64,000 nt of DNA from Octopus bimaculoides. Taxonomy: Eukaryota. Every line of letters starts with the position of its first letter. Within the stretch, counting starts at the first letter, position 1. Under the pieces are notes generated by a model. It had not been told where the DNA came from. It saw only the letters and a list, made by a program, of their open reading frames with translations, and did no database searches. Position numbers and translations under genes: made by a program. Shown here one piece after another: positions 12,184 through 25,406 of this stretch. The stretch covers positions 89,594,625 to 89,658,624 of the forward strand of contig NC_068982.1 in NCBI RefSeq assembly GCF_001194135.2. The letters run 5' to 3'.

Positions 12184-12336
12184 TTTTTTAATTGTAGTTT
12201 GATTATCAAAATCTTTTAATTTTTTGTTTTTTATTAAAATTTTGTACTTGAGTTGATTTGGAGATGGTAGTTGAGGATCATCACTGAAGTCACTGTCAAA
12301 CAGATATTTTGTTACCAGTTTATCACCGAATGTGGA
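12184..12336 (-). CDS. PLCE1: Phospholipase C epsilon, exon 7 in window (end of X box)
   Basis: [51 protein letters not shown] (153 nt, phase 0/0). Acceptor tattttttctAG, donor AAA|GTGAGT. Carries [17 protein letters not shown]. Confidence 0.96.
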
Positions 12337-12574
12337 CTAGAAAAAATAGAAATATGGAACATCATAAATATTAAACAATATATATCCAGTAACAGAATAT
12401 CATTATTGACTAATATATTGTGACAAATCTATCCAACAGCAAATTACTTGAAAGAAAATAAATTTTTATTGAAAATATTCATTGCTTTTTGCTTAGATGA
12501 AGGTCTGTGCTGGCTGAAATGTTGGTTTATAAACACATACACACACACATACACGCACACACATGCACACACGA

Positions 12575-12782
12575 ACTTCATTAGCTTACAGCTGTTTCTG
12601 CTATAAGATGCAGTCAGTGGACTCATAGTTGAGTGCCTGAATAACACCCTATAGCTTCATCAGAGCCTCGAATATTAAGTACTTCATATTTGAGGCTCTG
12701 CTGAAGTTATGAGATGTTAATCAGGCACTCAACTATGAGTCCACTGCATCTCATAGCAGAAACAGCTGCAAGCTAATGAAGT
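12575..12782. repeat. Palindromic MITE-like element (~208-bp hairpin)
   Basis: acttcattagcttacagctgtttctgcta...gtggactcatagttgagtgcctga is mirrored by tcaggcactcaactatgagtccac...tagcagaaacagctgcaagctaatgaagt, with an inner stem cagagcctcgaatat / atatttgaggctctg. Confidence 0.9.
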
Positions 12783-12786
12783 AGAT

Positions 12787-12824
<38 letters not shown>

Positions 12825-12826
12825 AA

Positions 12827-13249
12827 CCATAAAAGGAGGTATGAGAGGTGAATATATATTCATTTAAATATGTAACCTCTTTTGGATTACAGCTGTTTTG
12901 CAACCTTTTCTTATAGGATTAATTTCAGTGTAAATGAAATTATGCTTGCATGTTTGCATTGTTGTGCATGCTTTGCATTATTAAATACAACTTTAGGAAT
13001 TGAATCGTTAGTGTACCTATGATGTTCTGGTGATCTGATGAGCTAGCCTTATATATTTGCATGGATTTGTGAATATACAGTTGTATTGCATAATGCTGAG
13101 TATACATATTAAAGTAAAAATGTAAGCATAATTTCTTCTACACTGAAATTAATACTACATGAAGAAGGTTGTGAGATAGCTCTAATCCTAAGGATGTGAT
13201 GTGGTTAAATAAATATATACGGTCTTCTCATACCTCCTGACTTTTATGG
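12827..13249. mobile_element. MITE with imperfect TIRs in TA-rich context
   Basis: ccataaaaggaggtatgaga at the left end and tctcatacctcctgacttttatgg at the right end, with TA-rich flanks. Confidence 0.6.
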
Positions 13250-13424
13250 CTATATACTCCTCATAAAATAATTTCATTGATCAGTTCTCCTGGATTTCAG
13301 CTGCATGAACACTCTACATTACACTTCCCTGTATTGGATTAAAATGTGGACTGTTAGCTGAGTCTGTAAGAGGAGCTTACTGTCGTAATAACTACATAAT
13401 TCTCTGAATTCATATATCTTTTAG

Positions 13425-13815
13425 CTTTTATCTTTTACTTGTTTCAGTGATTAGACTGCGACCATACTGGGGAACCACTTTAAAGAATTTTTAGTTGAAT
13501 GAATTGACAACATACTTAGTTTCTTCCAAGCCTGATACTTATCCTATTGGTCTCTTTTGCCAAACTGCTAACTTAAAGGAACATAAAAACACCAACACCA
13601 GTTGTCAAGTAAAACACCAGTTGACAGTAAAACACACACACACACACATATATGGCGGGCTTCATTCAGTTACCACATACTAAATTCACTCACAAGGCTT
13701 TGGTCAGCCCAAGGCTATAATAGAAGGCACTTGCCTAAGGTGCTATGCAGTGAGACTGAACCTGGAACTGTGTGGTTGGGAAGCAAGCTTCTTACCACAC
13801 AGCCATGCCTACACC
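13425..13815 (-). mobile_element. tRNA-derived SINE with internal (CA)n tract
   Basis: Reverse copy of the 35826-36205 family (cacaaggctttggtcagccc...gactgaacctggaactgtgtggttgg..gcaagcttcttaccacacagcca). Confidence 0.8.
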
Positions 13816-15771
13816 TTTAAATACATGATGTAATGTCAGAACAGTTAAAAAGTAAACAAACAGAAAGACAATGGTATGGTGTTACTTCACTACTCATAGG
13901 GAAAGAAAATATAATGGAGTGTCCTTGATATTTTGAATTTTAGCCTTTCTAAGCATTTTGCCCAGCCTGCTAACAATTCTGCTAATTTCCACCTTAAAAT
14001 TGTTAAATATTAGCAGATAATATACATATTACCATGCTAGAAAATGGACAACTGAAGTAGGGATTTAAAGCAAAAGAGAGTTTGTATTTTAAAATGGTCA
14101 AAAGAGGGAAAGTGACTGAAGAGGAATGTGTGTGTGTGTGTGTGTGTGTGTGTTCAAGATATGTGCACAGAAATGTTTAACTGTTTAGCAACTAAGTAAA
14201 GAGAAAGCAACTTTATGTGTGTTCTATTAGTACAAATGTTAAGAGGGTAGCTGTTGATTGGTGTGTTAGTGAAGAGTGTGTTTTGGGTGTGATAGTGTAC
14301 CATGTCCTTTTAAGTATCCGTATAAAGGGGAGCATATTTCTATTTTTATTTTCTTTTGCATTTGTAAATTCATTTAGAGTTTTCAACCCTTAATTATTGA
14401 AATGAATTTCAAATTATGTTATATGAAATAGGTTTATATTTTGTTTCTTCCATGGTTAGTTTTTAAATATTTAGTCTCACACTTGTTTATTTGAAGGAAT
14501 ATGTTATTAAAAGTGTTTTAAAGTGGATGTGTTCTATGAAGATTTTTCTTAAGATATAATTAATATAGGCTTGTATAAGATGAATAACTTTCTTGTTCTA
14601 CTTGATGTAACAAGAGACATGGTCAATCTCCTCTACTTAGGTCTGCAAAAGCATTGCAGGCTTTTTAAATTGAAGAAATTGATGATGCTAATCTCTTGCA
14701 CAAACTGTTACATGTCGACATCTGTAGGTTGAGATATACTAGACAGTGGATGTTTTGAAGAGAAAAGACTGGACATAGTAGTTAGTGCACAGTCAGAGAG
14801 CTGAAGTAATGACAAGTGAGTTGGGAGTGCCTGTGTAGAGATGCTACAAGACCAGGCAGAACTGAGTAGCTGGGGCCATTACAGTAGTAGCATGCCTATA
14901 GGCTAGAAGCTGAAGCATGTTTGTGAATGATTTTAAGCTAGTCATTTAAAAGGCTTTTTCTCAGAATGTGGTCTCACATTTCAGTGTCTGTGCTACAGCA
15001 ACAACATCCTAAACGCGAGAGCAAAAAATACTTCATTTTGAGCCTTGTCTGATGGCTTGAATTCACACAACCATAAATGTATAAATTCACAGTTATTGTC
15101 TCTTTATACATTCAGATACAGGCAATAAGTGAATTCACTTTATCCACACACCAGTGTTTAAAGTATTAAAACTAGGGAATATGTATAGATAAATCATTTA
15201 ATGAAAAGACAAAAGTTCTCAAGTTTATGTTCTTCACGAACATTCATAGTTTATACCTACTTTGCAGAAATTTTGTTGAAAATTAATTAAATACACATTT
15301 ACCTGTGTATATATTAGTAATATTGTAGGAAATGACCCATTATATAAATCTTCCTCAGTTAAAACACCTCAACATATGCACAGAATACTTGTGCAGGTAA
15401 GAATTCAATGCAGTACAACTGTATCGTGCAATATGGAGCAGGAATATTGGTGCAGATATGTAAAATGATTTATTATACACTGAAATTATTATTTCATGAT
15501 GAAGGTTGCAAAATGACCATAATCTTATTGATATCAAGTGCTAAAATAAATATATTTACCTCTCATACTGTCTGGCTTTTTATGGTGTGTATGTGTGTGT
15601 GTGTGCATGTATTTTCTTATCTTGCCAAATTTTCTTCATCTGCTCTCTCTGGTCTTTCTTAAATTGTGTTGGATCTACGGCTTCATTCACTTTTAAGGTT
15701 CCCTGCATTTTCACTGCTTCAATCACTCCCCTTGATGTACAAAGCCAGGCTATTCTCCCCTTGATGTACAC

Positions 15772-17365
15772 CAGGGTCGTACACGCTCAGGCATGTAAGG
15801 TATGCGCTGCATGCTCTGTGATTTTTTTATCCATATCATCGGAAAATTAGATAAAATAGTTACTTTTGTTTCAAAGAAACTCCGTCCAGGTATTTTCTAA
15901 ATATTCTTCCTCCCCTTCCCCCTCTCTCACTGACTCGTACGTCTGCTTTGAGAAGACCACGTGACACCCCCTCTCTGTCTCTTTGTTAGTGTAGAATTGT
16001 TGCTAACCTCGTTCCACTTTCTGACCCGAACAATAGCAATCCCATAATTCCTGAGTTAGCCAACTGAAATGTCGGAATAAACTGGCGGTAAGTTTGAATT
16101 TTTTTTTCATTCAAAATATTTGTTTGCACTAATATATTTTTGGAGTGTTTTGAATGCAAAAAATATTATCTATATTATATTTCTTATTTCAGAAGTAGCT
16201 AATTAATCTTAAATTAATTTGACTAACGTTATTTTTACGTTTTGTTGAAATTCACTCAGATGCAATTTACTCAGACGCTTACACGTGTGTTTTTATATAA
16301 AAGTAACCTTTTTCAAAATGAGTGTTATAAACGATATTTTGAGAAATAGTNNNNNNNNNNNNNNNNNNNNNNNNNNNNNNNNNNNNNNNNNNNNNNNNNN
16401 NNNNNNNNNNNNNNNNNNNNNNNNNNNNNNNNNNNNNNNNNNNNNNNNNNNNNNNNNNNNNNNNNNNNNNNNNNNNNNNNNNNNNNNNNNNNNNNNNNNN
16501 NNNNNNNNNNNNNNNNNNNNNNNNNNNNNNNNNNNNNNNNNNNNNNNNNNNNNNNNATTAATTATAAACGGTGGGAGACCAACACCGAATTTACCTAATT
16601 TGTGAAGCTACAACAAGAAATTCACGAGACAATTTCAGGTTAATTTGTATGAAAAGAAAAAATGGGTAACTGGAAGTGCTACATTTAATAAATTATTCTC
16701 TTGGTCTTGTTTACGTTTTTGCTTAGAAAAGAATGTTTAGAATGATAAAGGTTATGATGATTTAAATAATTTACATATGGCTATGCTAAAGCACGAGCGT
16801 TCTCAAAGGCATATAAAATCTTTGATAGATCTTAAAATATTCGTGATCTTGTTGAAGCTATGCCAGAACTCTTCAATCTATGTAAGTTGATTTTGACAAT
16901 TCCGTCTACCACTGCTTCTGTAGAGCGATCCTTTTCTGTATTAAGTAGAGTCGAAATATACGAAAGAAATGCAACAGGAAAAAGAAGACTGTCTGGGTTA
17001 GCACTAATGTCAATTGAAAAAGATTTATTACAACAATTGACGAAAAGAGATTTCTACGACATATTTGCCCAGAAAGATCGAAGAATTGAATGAATTTATA
17101 AATGAGGTAAATAACATTTTAGAACATTAAAAAAAAACTTAATATATTAAAGGGCATATATTGCAGGTTTTGGTTAGTGTTTGTTATAACGTAAGTTTCG
17201 ACCTTCTTACATCAGTATTGTTTCGCTGGAGAAATGGTTCGACTTCTTCGTCACACCGACATAAGTTTTCCTTTCTGTGCTGCTGGGTGTAGTCTATTTA
17301 CGGCCGTAAATAAGTGTCTTGTTTCAATCTCAGAGATGTTGACTTCTGCCACAACGGTTTTTTTT
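15772..17365 (+). mobile_element. Internally deleted hAT transposon (TTF zinc-finger-like remnant and hATC dimerisation domain)
   Basis: ORF 16860-17093 ...ELFNLCKLILTIPSTTASVERSFSVLSRV...RLSGLALMSIEKD matches the hAT C-terminal PxxxAxxERSFSxL..RLxxLAxxxIE motif. An upstream remnant reads W..GS...KLFSWSC...GYDDLNNL...HERSQRH. CpG-rich left end cagggtcgtacacg. The right TIR is not seen and is probably in the gap. Confidence 0.8.
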
Positions 17366-17789
17366 NNNNNNNNNNNNNNNNNNNNNNNNNNNNNNNNNNN
17401 NNNNNNNNNNNNNNNNNNNNNNNNNNNNNNNNNNNNNNNNNNNNNNNNNNNNNNNNNNNNNNNNNNNNNNNGCTGAACCAATAGGTATAGGGGCTAATGC
17501 AGAATCGCACCCCTTTGAAAAACGAAATTTTGTGAAAATGTTTTTCGAATTCCTACCTTTAACAGAGATTCCGAATATGCAAAAATATTAACAGAATCCA
17601 ATATCATCTTTATTCCATTTCACTTATGATTTTTAGACTTTTTTAAGGGAGAGTGAGGATGGGAAAGTACTGACGTTTCGAAGAGAGAGAAAAATACAAA
17701 CAATACACTTATTTCAGGCTTATCTCTACAGAGCCATTTTTTATTCCCTGCTTATTCTAGGTCATACGGGGGTGATTGCATATTCACAA

Positions 17790-19404
17790 TCTCCCATATG
17801 TAAATCGTAGGAACACGAAAATTCTTTTACTGAAAAATTATCAGTGGTAGGGGGGAGAAATTCATTGCATGCCCAACCGCGGAAGTCACCGCACGCCACT
17901 GCCTTACACAACACACCAATCCCCGATCTCCTTTTTTCCTCTTTACATACAATGTTGACACATCACTCTTGGGGCGTAGTTCCTTGTTTATTTTCATTAA
18001 TTTACATGTTCTCCAGTCTATCTCTTGTAAGTCATGCTTCTTCCAAGATACTATTCCTGCCCCATATCTCATCAAAGCAACTGCCCATGTGTTAATTGCT
18101 CTAATCTTATAGCTGCTATTTAGCTTCAGCTGGAGCACAAGCCGAGTTCTCCCCAGATATACTTTCCTGTACATTTCTATCATCTTGTGTTTATTCATCT
18201 TATCTCTTTCAATGATACCCAGGTACTTATATCCTTCTTCTCCGACTTTCTTTATAGTTTCACCACTTTCCTGCTTGATATCATAGCTTTTACTAATTTT
18301 CCCCCTTTTGAGAATTACTACACCACTTTTCTCAGTCCCAAATTCCATGCCAATATCTTTGCTAATCATCTGCACAGTTGCTGTCAAACTCACAATTTCT
18401 TTCTCAGTCTTAATGAATAGCTTTTGGTCATCCATAAACCATGGGTTGTTTACTTTCACTCTGCCTAGCTAGTAGCCCACATGCATCTTTCTTAAAACAC
18501 TCGTTAGTGGTAGTATGCAGACCACAAATAGGAAAGGCAACAGACTGTCCCCTTGAAAGATTTCTCCTTTGATATTTCCCTCTCCCAGCTTATCTCCCCA
18601 TTGAATTTTGTATTAACTTCAGGATATTGTGGTAGACCTTAAGCAGTTTAAGGCATTCAATAATCCACAAGTGTGGGACCATGTCATATACTTTCCTGTA
18701 GTCCACCCATGCTATCACCAAACATTTGTGTCTCTTCTTACAGTCAGCCAGGATAGTCTCATCTATTAGTAATTGATACTTCGGTCCTCTTATGTCTACT
18801 CTTTTTGTTCCACTGGTAGTAGGTCGTTGTCATCTAGGTACTTATAGATGCTGTTTGATATGATGCCCTTCATCAGTTTCCTCATCAGTCGCAAACAAGA
18901 TATTGGCCGGAAATTTCCATCCACATTCCCTTTACTTGGGTCCTTCTGGCATAGTATCGTTCTTCCTTTTGTCATCCAAGCTGGTACTTGGATATCACTA
19001 CTCAATATTTCGTCCATATTTCTTGCAATTCTCCTGTGCAGAACAGTCACGTTTTGAAGCCAAAAGGCCTGAACCCCATCTGGGCCAGACACTTTCCAGT
19101 TAGGAATTTTCCTGCACTGATCTCTAATCATCTCCTCAGTTGTTCTCAATTCCTCCTACTCATACTCTCCACTCTCCTCGTTGAGTGTCTTTAACCACTC
19201 TGCTTCAGTTTCGTGTTGTTTCTCCTGAGACCATGTTTGACCAGATTCTTTTACTTTCTTCAGCATCCAACACAACTTTTTCGCCTTTTTCTTTCCCATC
19301 CAGTTCTTGATAGACTCGTTTTTGATTTTGTTTGAAAAGTCTGTTTAATCTGTGCTGCTCAATTCTCTTTCATATCTCTTTTGTTTATGTGCTTCAACTT
19401 TCAA

Positions 19405-19405
<1 letters not shown>
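17790..19405 (-). mobile_element. R4/Dong-clade non-LTR retrotransposon, 5'-truncated and frameshifted RT
   Basis: IPNWKVSGPDGVQAFWL...VPAWMTKGRTILCQKDPSKGNVDGNFRPISCL...LLPVEQK, then RGTKYQLLID..ILADCK...AWVDYRKVYDMVPH, and ORF 17827-18459 with ISKDIGMEFG.EK, YKYLGI and KIRAINTWAV..MRYGAG. These motifs fit R4/Dong RTs. Confidence 0.85.
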
Positions 19406-19441
<36 letters not shown>

Positions 19442-19884
19442 ATATTTGAAAAATGAATAGAAATGGCTTTTCTGATAATTTTTCCACTTTAATAATTAGA
19501 TGTTTATAAGTTTCCAAAAGGTCTGTTAATGACAACGGTACCTGCCAGCAAGTCTACTTAACAATATCATCACAAGCATACACATTTAGTTCTCACACAT
19601 AGTGTACATACGTATACATACACAAATACACACACACACTTAACCATATATACATATGTGTGTGTGTGCATATATATATGTACATATATACACACACACA
19701 TATACACATATATACATATATGTATGTATATATATTCACATATACACATTTTTATACAGAATATTTTTATGTATATAAATATATGTATGTGTGTCTATAT
19801 ATATGTGTGTGTGTGTGCATATGTGTGTGTGTGTGTGCATATGTGCATGTGTGTGTCCATATATGTGTATATGGGTATGCTGTG

Positions 19885-20110
19885 AGGACATGTGGCATAG
19901 TTGGATATTCAATTGACAATTGTAAGGTCATGAGTTTGGATAACCGATGGTGTGTCATGTCCTTGGGCAAGACACTTCATTTCATGTTGCTCTAGTCCAC
20001 TCAGCTGGCAAAAGTGAATGGAGCCTGTATTCCAGGGACCAAGCCATGTCACGTCCTGGGTTGTGCTGAATCACCCTGAGAGCTGTGTTAGGGGTAACTA
20101 TGTTTGTGGA
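19885..20110 (+). mobile_element. Old CORE-type tRNA SINE inside the foldback element
   Basis: tgtgtcatgtccttgggcaagacacttcatttcatgttgctc is a CORE-SINE-like domain. A younger copy lies at 25672-25925. Confidence 0.65.
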
Positions 20111-20254
20111 TAGGTGTGTGTATATATATATATGTACAGGCATGCGTGTGGATACCAGTGTGGGTGTATGTAGGTATGTCTTCCTGGGTATCTATGTGGG
20201 TGTGTGTATATATATATACATATATATATATGTGTGTTCTTTTATTCGTTCCAG

Positions 20255-20620
20255 TCATTTCATTGCAGCCATGATGTTGGAGTACTGCCTTTAGTCAAAC
20301 AAATCAGCCTCAGGACTCATTCTTTGTAAGCCTAGTACTTATTTTATCGGTCTCTTTTGCCAAACTGTTATGTTATAGGTACATAAACACACCAACATCA
20401 ATTGTCAAGCGATGGTGGGGGTACAAACACAGACACACACAAATTTACACACATATATGTTGGGCTTCTTTCAGTTTCCATCTACCAAATCCACTCACAA
20501 GGCTTTGGTCGGCCCAAGGCTATAGTAGAAGACACTTGCCGAAAGGTACCACGCAGTGGGACTGAACCCAGAACCATGTGGTTGGTAAGCAAGTTACTTA
20601 CCACGCAGCCATGCCTATGT
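20255..20620 (-). mobile_element. tRNA-derived SINE (35826 family) inside the foldback element
   Basis: Full tail-to-head match on the minus strand. Confidence 0.8.
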
Positions 20621-21728
20621 CTGTGTGTGTGTATGTATGTGTGTGTGTACGTACATATATGCTTACATGTGTATATGTGTAAATATAAAAAGATGTGTGT
20701 GTGTATATTAGTAGGCATATATCTATGAATGTAGGTATGGATATACAAACTCATGCAAGCATGTATATGTATGTGTGTACGTGTCTATGCATGTGTGTGT
20801 CTGTGCGAGTGCATGAATAGTCGTACGTTCTTTTTTATATATACACATATGTATATGTGAGTTTGTATGTATATTTACATATATATATATATATGCGTGT
20901 GTATATATATATATGTGGTTGTATGTGTATATGCACAGGTGTGTGTGAGAATACAAATATATATGTAATAAGTATAATATATGCATATTTGTACATGACT
21001 CTATATGTATAGAATTATGTATGTATATTTATGTGTGTTTGTGTATCTATGTATATGTATGTATATATGTATACATACATATGTGTATGTATGTGTATAT
21101 ATATGTGTGTGTATGTGTATATATGTATATGTGTGTATGTATAAGTATTTATACACACACGTATGTATGTAACGCCGGTGTTAAAACGTGGGTAGCTGAT
21201 GAAGTAGAATGTTCTCTATGTGGCTCGTGTGTTCTCGTCTACGTTTGTTTGCAATGTCCTGTACCCAGATATGCACCTATACATACAGGTGGATGTTGGT
21301 ATGCACATACCTGTACGTATATATGCATATACTCATTTACTATTTGTTTATATATATATATACATATATAAATAGATATGTATGTATGTGTGTATATATA
21401 TATGTATGGGTGAGTGTGTGTGCGTTTATGTATGTATATGTATGTACACTATGTGTGAGAACTAAATGTGTATGTTTGTGACAATATTGGTAAGTAGACT
21501 TGCTGGCAGGTACCTTTGTCATTAACAGACCTTTTGTAAACTTATAAACATCTAATTACCAAAGTGGAAAAATTATCAGAAAAGCTATTTCTATTCATTT
21601 TTCACATATATAAAATACTATACCAAGGACTTTCTCTTTCTTATTCTACTATATATGTATATATATGTGTGTGTGTGTGTGTGTGTATGAATATGTATAT
21701 ATGTATGTATATACATATATATGCACAT

Positions 21729-21766
<38 letters not shown>

Positions 21767-24277
21767 GTGTTGTGTTCTTTGTGAGATTAAATTTAATTTA
21801 TTACTTATTTTAATTATGAGTATTCATTGGGTTTCATTATATTGTTTGAAATATTTTTAGGTTTCCTGGAGTGTTTTACTTTCAGGAGATTGTTCTTTCA
21901 GAATTTCTATTTATGGTTGGGGTTCTTTGCTAGGAATATTACTAAGTTTTCTGTTTTGCATAAATGACATCATTTGATTCTTGACATTATGGTCTGTTTG
22001 AATTTGTAATTTCTATTCTTGCTTTTAATATCTAGGTATAACGGGATAATGACATGTAATTACTGTAGTGTTTATGCTGAAAAGTAAGGATATATTGATC
22101 ATAACACTTCTTATATTTGCTCGCAGTGAGCCCGTGTTTATGCTAAAAATTTTGGTTAGGTTAGTATAGCAGTTGTTAAATTGATTGTCAGTGAACCTGA
22201 TGTATATTTTAGTGGAATGGTTAGCTTGTATTCTAGACTGCAATTCTGCCTTTTGTAAAGCATATATTATCTAAGGGACATTTATTCTGGCTTTGACAAT
22301 TGCAGTTGTTTGAGAGTTAATTGTAGCTTTATTTAGTTTAGTAGTGTTTGGGTACACCTAATATATGAACAAAATTTAAAAGAGTAGAATACTATATTTT
22401 GATAGTATTCTTATAAAAAGATATTTATTATGCAGTGGATGGAAATGTTTATAAATAAAATGGAGAATCTGTGTGCTAAGTGTTAATTGGTATTAGTAAT
22501 TTCATTTTTTTTTATCACTCACTAGTTGACAAAGGTCCATTCTCTATGAGATTAATCCATTTCCAAAAGCATGCTTCATGCCTAGTTAATTAATATTTAT
22601 TTTGTTTTAATGTGTAGATAGATAGATATATAGATAGACAGATATACAGATAGATAGACAGCTATGTGTATATACCTTTAATTGATTTCTTGATTCAGTT
22701 ACTATACATACATGTACATAATGAATAGTGTATTTATATGTGTGATTATGTATATTACATAATACCACAACAATATAAAAACGAAGTCAATGCTTCAGTT
22801 AGAGTTGAGATTTAATATATAGTGATATAGCTTCAGCATACAGCATTCTATTAACCAAAATTTCAAGTCTTGGTCATTAGCCATTCCTCAGATAGCAGAA
22901 AATATATCACTTTGAGTTCTATATATTATACCAGAAAATTACAGGTATTTTATTCTTTGAAAATCCAAAGCAAAACCAGCTTTTGTGGGATTTACACTCA
23001 AAACAATGAAGCAGGAATCCAATTATTGTAAAGATTTAGTCCAGAGTCCTACCATCTCTCATCATCATCATCATTTTAATGTTCACTTTTTTTATACTTG
23101 CATGGGCCAGACAGAACTTATGGGGGCAGATTTTCTATGGCTGGATGTCCTTCTTGTTGCCAATGCTCATTTATCTCCAAGCAAGGTAATATTTCCCCAT
23201 GGTGAAAGACAACAAATAAGCAGCATCCCTTGCATAATAGTGATTCTCATTTACAACTGTCTTGTGATATAAAAGACAAGGGCACACACACACACACACA
23301 CGTATATGATAGGATTTTTGTTGTTTCTGTTGACCAAATTCACTCCTAAGGTTTTGCTTAGCCAGGTGCTATAGTAGAAGACACTAGCTCAAAGTGCCAT
23401 GCTGTGGGACTGAACTTGAAACCCCATGGTTTGGAAGCAAACTTTTTGGTCACACAACCGCATCTGTGCCTTTACATTTTAATTTCATTCTTTTGTTTTA
23501 TAACAATTTTCCCATGTTTGCATGGGTTGAATGGAGGATCTCAAACAATATCCATGTACCAAATCCATTCACCTGACATTGGTTGGCCCAAAGTTATAGT
23601 AGAAGACTTCCGCAGGATGCCAAGATGCAGTAAGATAGACCTCGAAACCACATAACAAAGCAAAGTCTGTAACCTCACAACTATGGCTGCACCTGTCTTT
23701 TCAAAAATTTCATAAAACATTCTTCTACTTAATATCGTCATTGGACAGGCCATGTGTGATTATGTATATTACATAATAATACCACAACAATATAAAAACG
23801 AAGTCTTTGGAGGTTTTTATTCAACAAGTTGTTCCTTTCATTTACAGGCATTTATTCACAAAAACATACACATTATTCTTTTATTTGTTTCAGTCAATTG
23901 ATTGCAACCATACTGGAGCACCGCCTTTTAGTTGAACAAATCTACCCCAGGACTTATTCTTTGTAAGCCCAGTACTTATTTTATCGGTCTCTTTTGCCAA
24001 ACTGCTAATATACAGGAACGTATGCATAACAATATCAGTTGTCAAGCAATGGCGGGGGTACAAACACAGACACACAAACATATACATATATATACAATGG
24101 GCTTCTTTCAGTTTCCATTTACCATGCAATAGGACTGAACCTGGGACCATGTGGTTGGTAAGCAAGCTACTTACCACACAGCCACTACTGTTATTTAAAT
24201 ATATACATAAATAACATTTATATCACACCAGATGGAATACTTTTATTGTTGAATTTTCTATCACAGAACAGTACATG

Positions 24278-24310
<33 letters not shown>

Positions 24311-24317
<7 letters not shown>

Positions 24318-24457
24318 AAAAGTGAATAGAAATAGCTTTTCTGATAATTTTTCTACTTTAATAATTAGATGTTCATAAGATATTAGGTATATCTAATTAT
24401 TAATTATTAAAGTAGAAACATTATCAGAAAAGCTATTTCTATTCATTTTTTCAAATA
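24311..24457. mobile_element. Compact palindromic MITE, same TIR family as 19442-21610
   Basis: gaatagaaatagcttttctgataatttttctactttaataattagat / taattattaaagtagaaacattatcagaaaagctatttctattc, flanked by TA. Confidence 0.85.
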
Positions 24458-25114
24458 TAGAATACTGTACCNNNNNNNNNNNNNNNNNNNNNNNNNNNNN
24501 NNNNNNNNNNNNNNNNNNNNNNNNNNNNNNNNNNNNNNNNNNNNNNNNNNNNNNNNNNNNNNNNNNNNNNNNNNNNNNNNNNNNNNNNNNNTAAAACACT
24601 GTGTGTGTGTGTGTGTGTGTGTTTGTGTGCAAGAGAGAGAAAGAGGATGCATGGTCTAGTTGTTCCTGCAACTGTAACATCCAACATAAATTTTTATTTT
24701 TATTCTCATGTTTTCCATTATACTTCCTATATCTCTCCCTTTCCAAAATAACTTCTTATATTGAACTCTATTATTTCCTTCTGTTTAACTCTCTCATATT
24801 GTTTCTGATGATGGGATATCCTTTATATCCCTGAAATAGCTGTAAGACTACCTTTCTCTTTATAAATGTCCGAGAAATTTCACACTGCCTTGGTTTTGTT
24901 GTCTCATTTTATTTAATATATACAAACTCACACATAACCCGCATCAAACCGTCCAACCTATAGCAGTATGGAAGGCACTCATACTATTATCGAACTGGAA
25001 GTCTAACAGCAGCCCTTCCATAGCACTTACATAGCCTTACCTGCCTTTTTGGTCTTCTGGTTACCAAAACCTCTCATATATATATGTATATATACATATG
25101 TCTATATACTGTTT

Positions 25115-25325
25115 ACTCTTTTTACTCTTTTACTTGTTTCAGTCATTTGACTGCGGCCATGCTGGAGCACTGCCTTTAGTCGAACAAATCGATCCCAGGA
25201 CTTATTCTTTGTAAGCCTAGTACTTATTCTATCGGTCTCTTTTGCTGAACCGCTAAGTGACGGGGACGTAAACACACCAGCATCGGTTGTTAAGCAATGC
25301 TAGGGGGACAAACACAGACACATAA

Positions 25326-25406
<81 letters not shown>

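Larger units (their letters stand above)
19442..21610. mobile_element. Foldback/MITE with ~125-bp TIRs enclosing microsatellites and SINEs
   Basis: 19442-19567 (gaatagaaatggcttttctgataatttttccact...cctgccagcaagtctacttaacaatat) is the reverse complement of 21482-21610 (atattggtaagtagacttgctggcagg...agtggaaaaattatcagaaaagctatttctattc). Confidence 0.85.

Noticed and set aside
19658-21481. Cluster of Cys/Val/Tyr/His-rich ORFs
   Set aside because: These are translations of (CA)n, (TA)n and (TATG)n arrays and SINEs.
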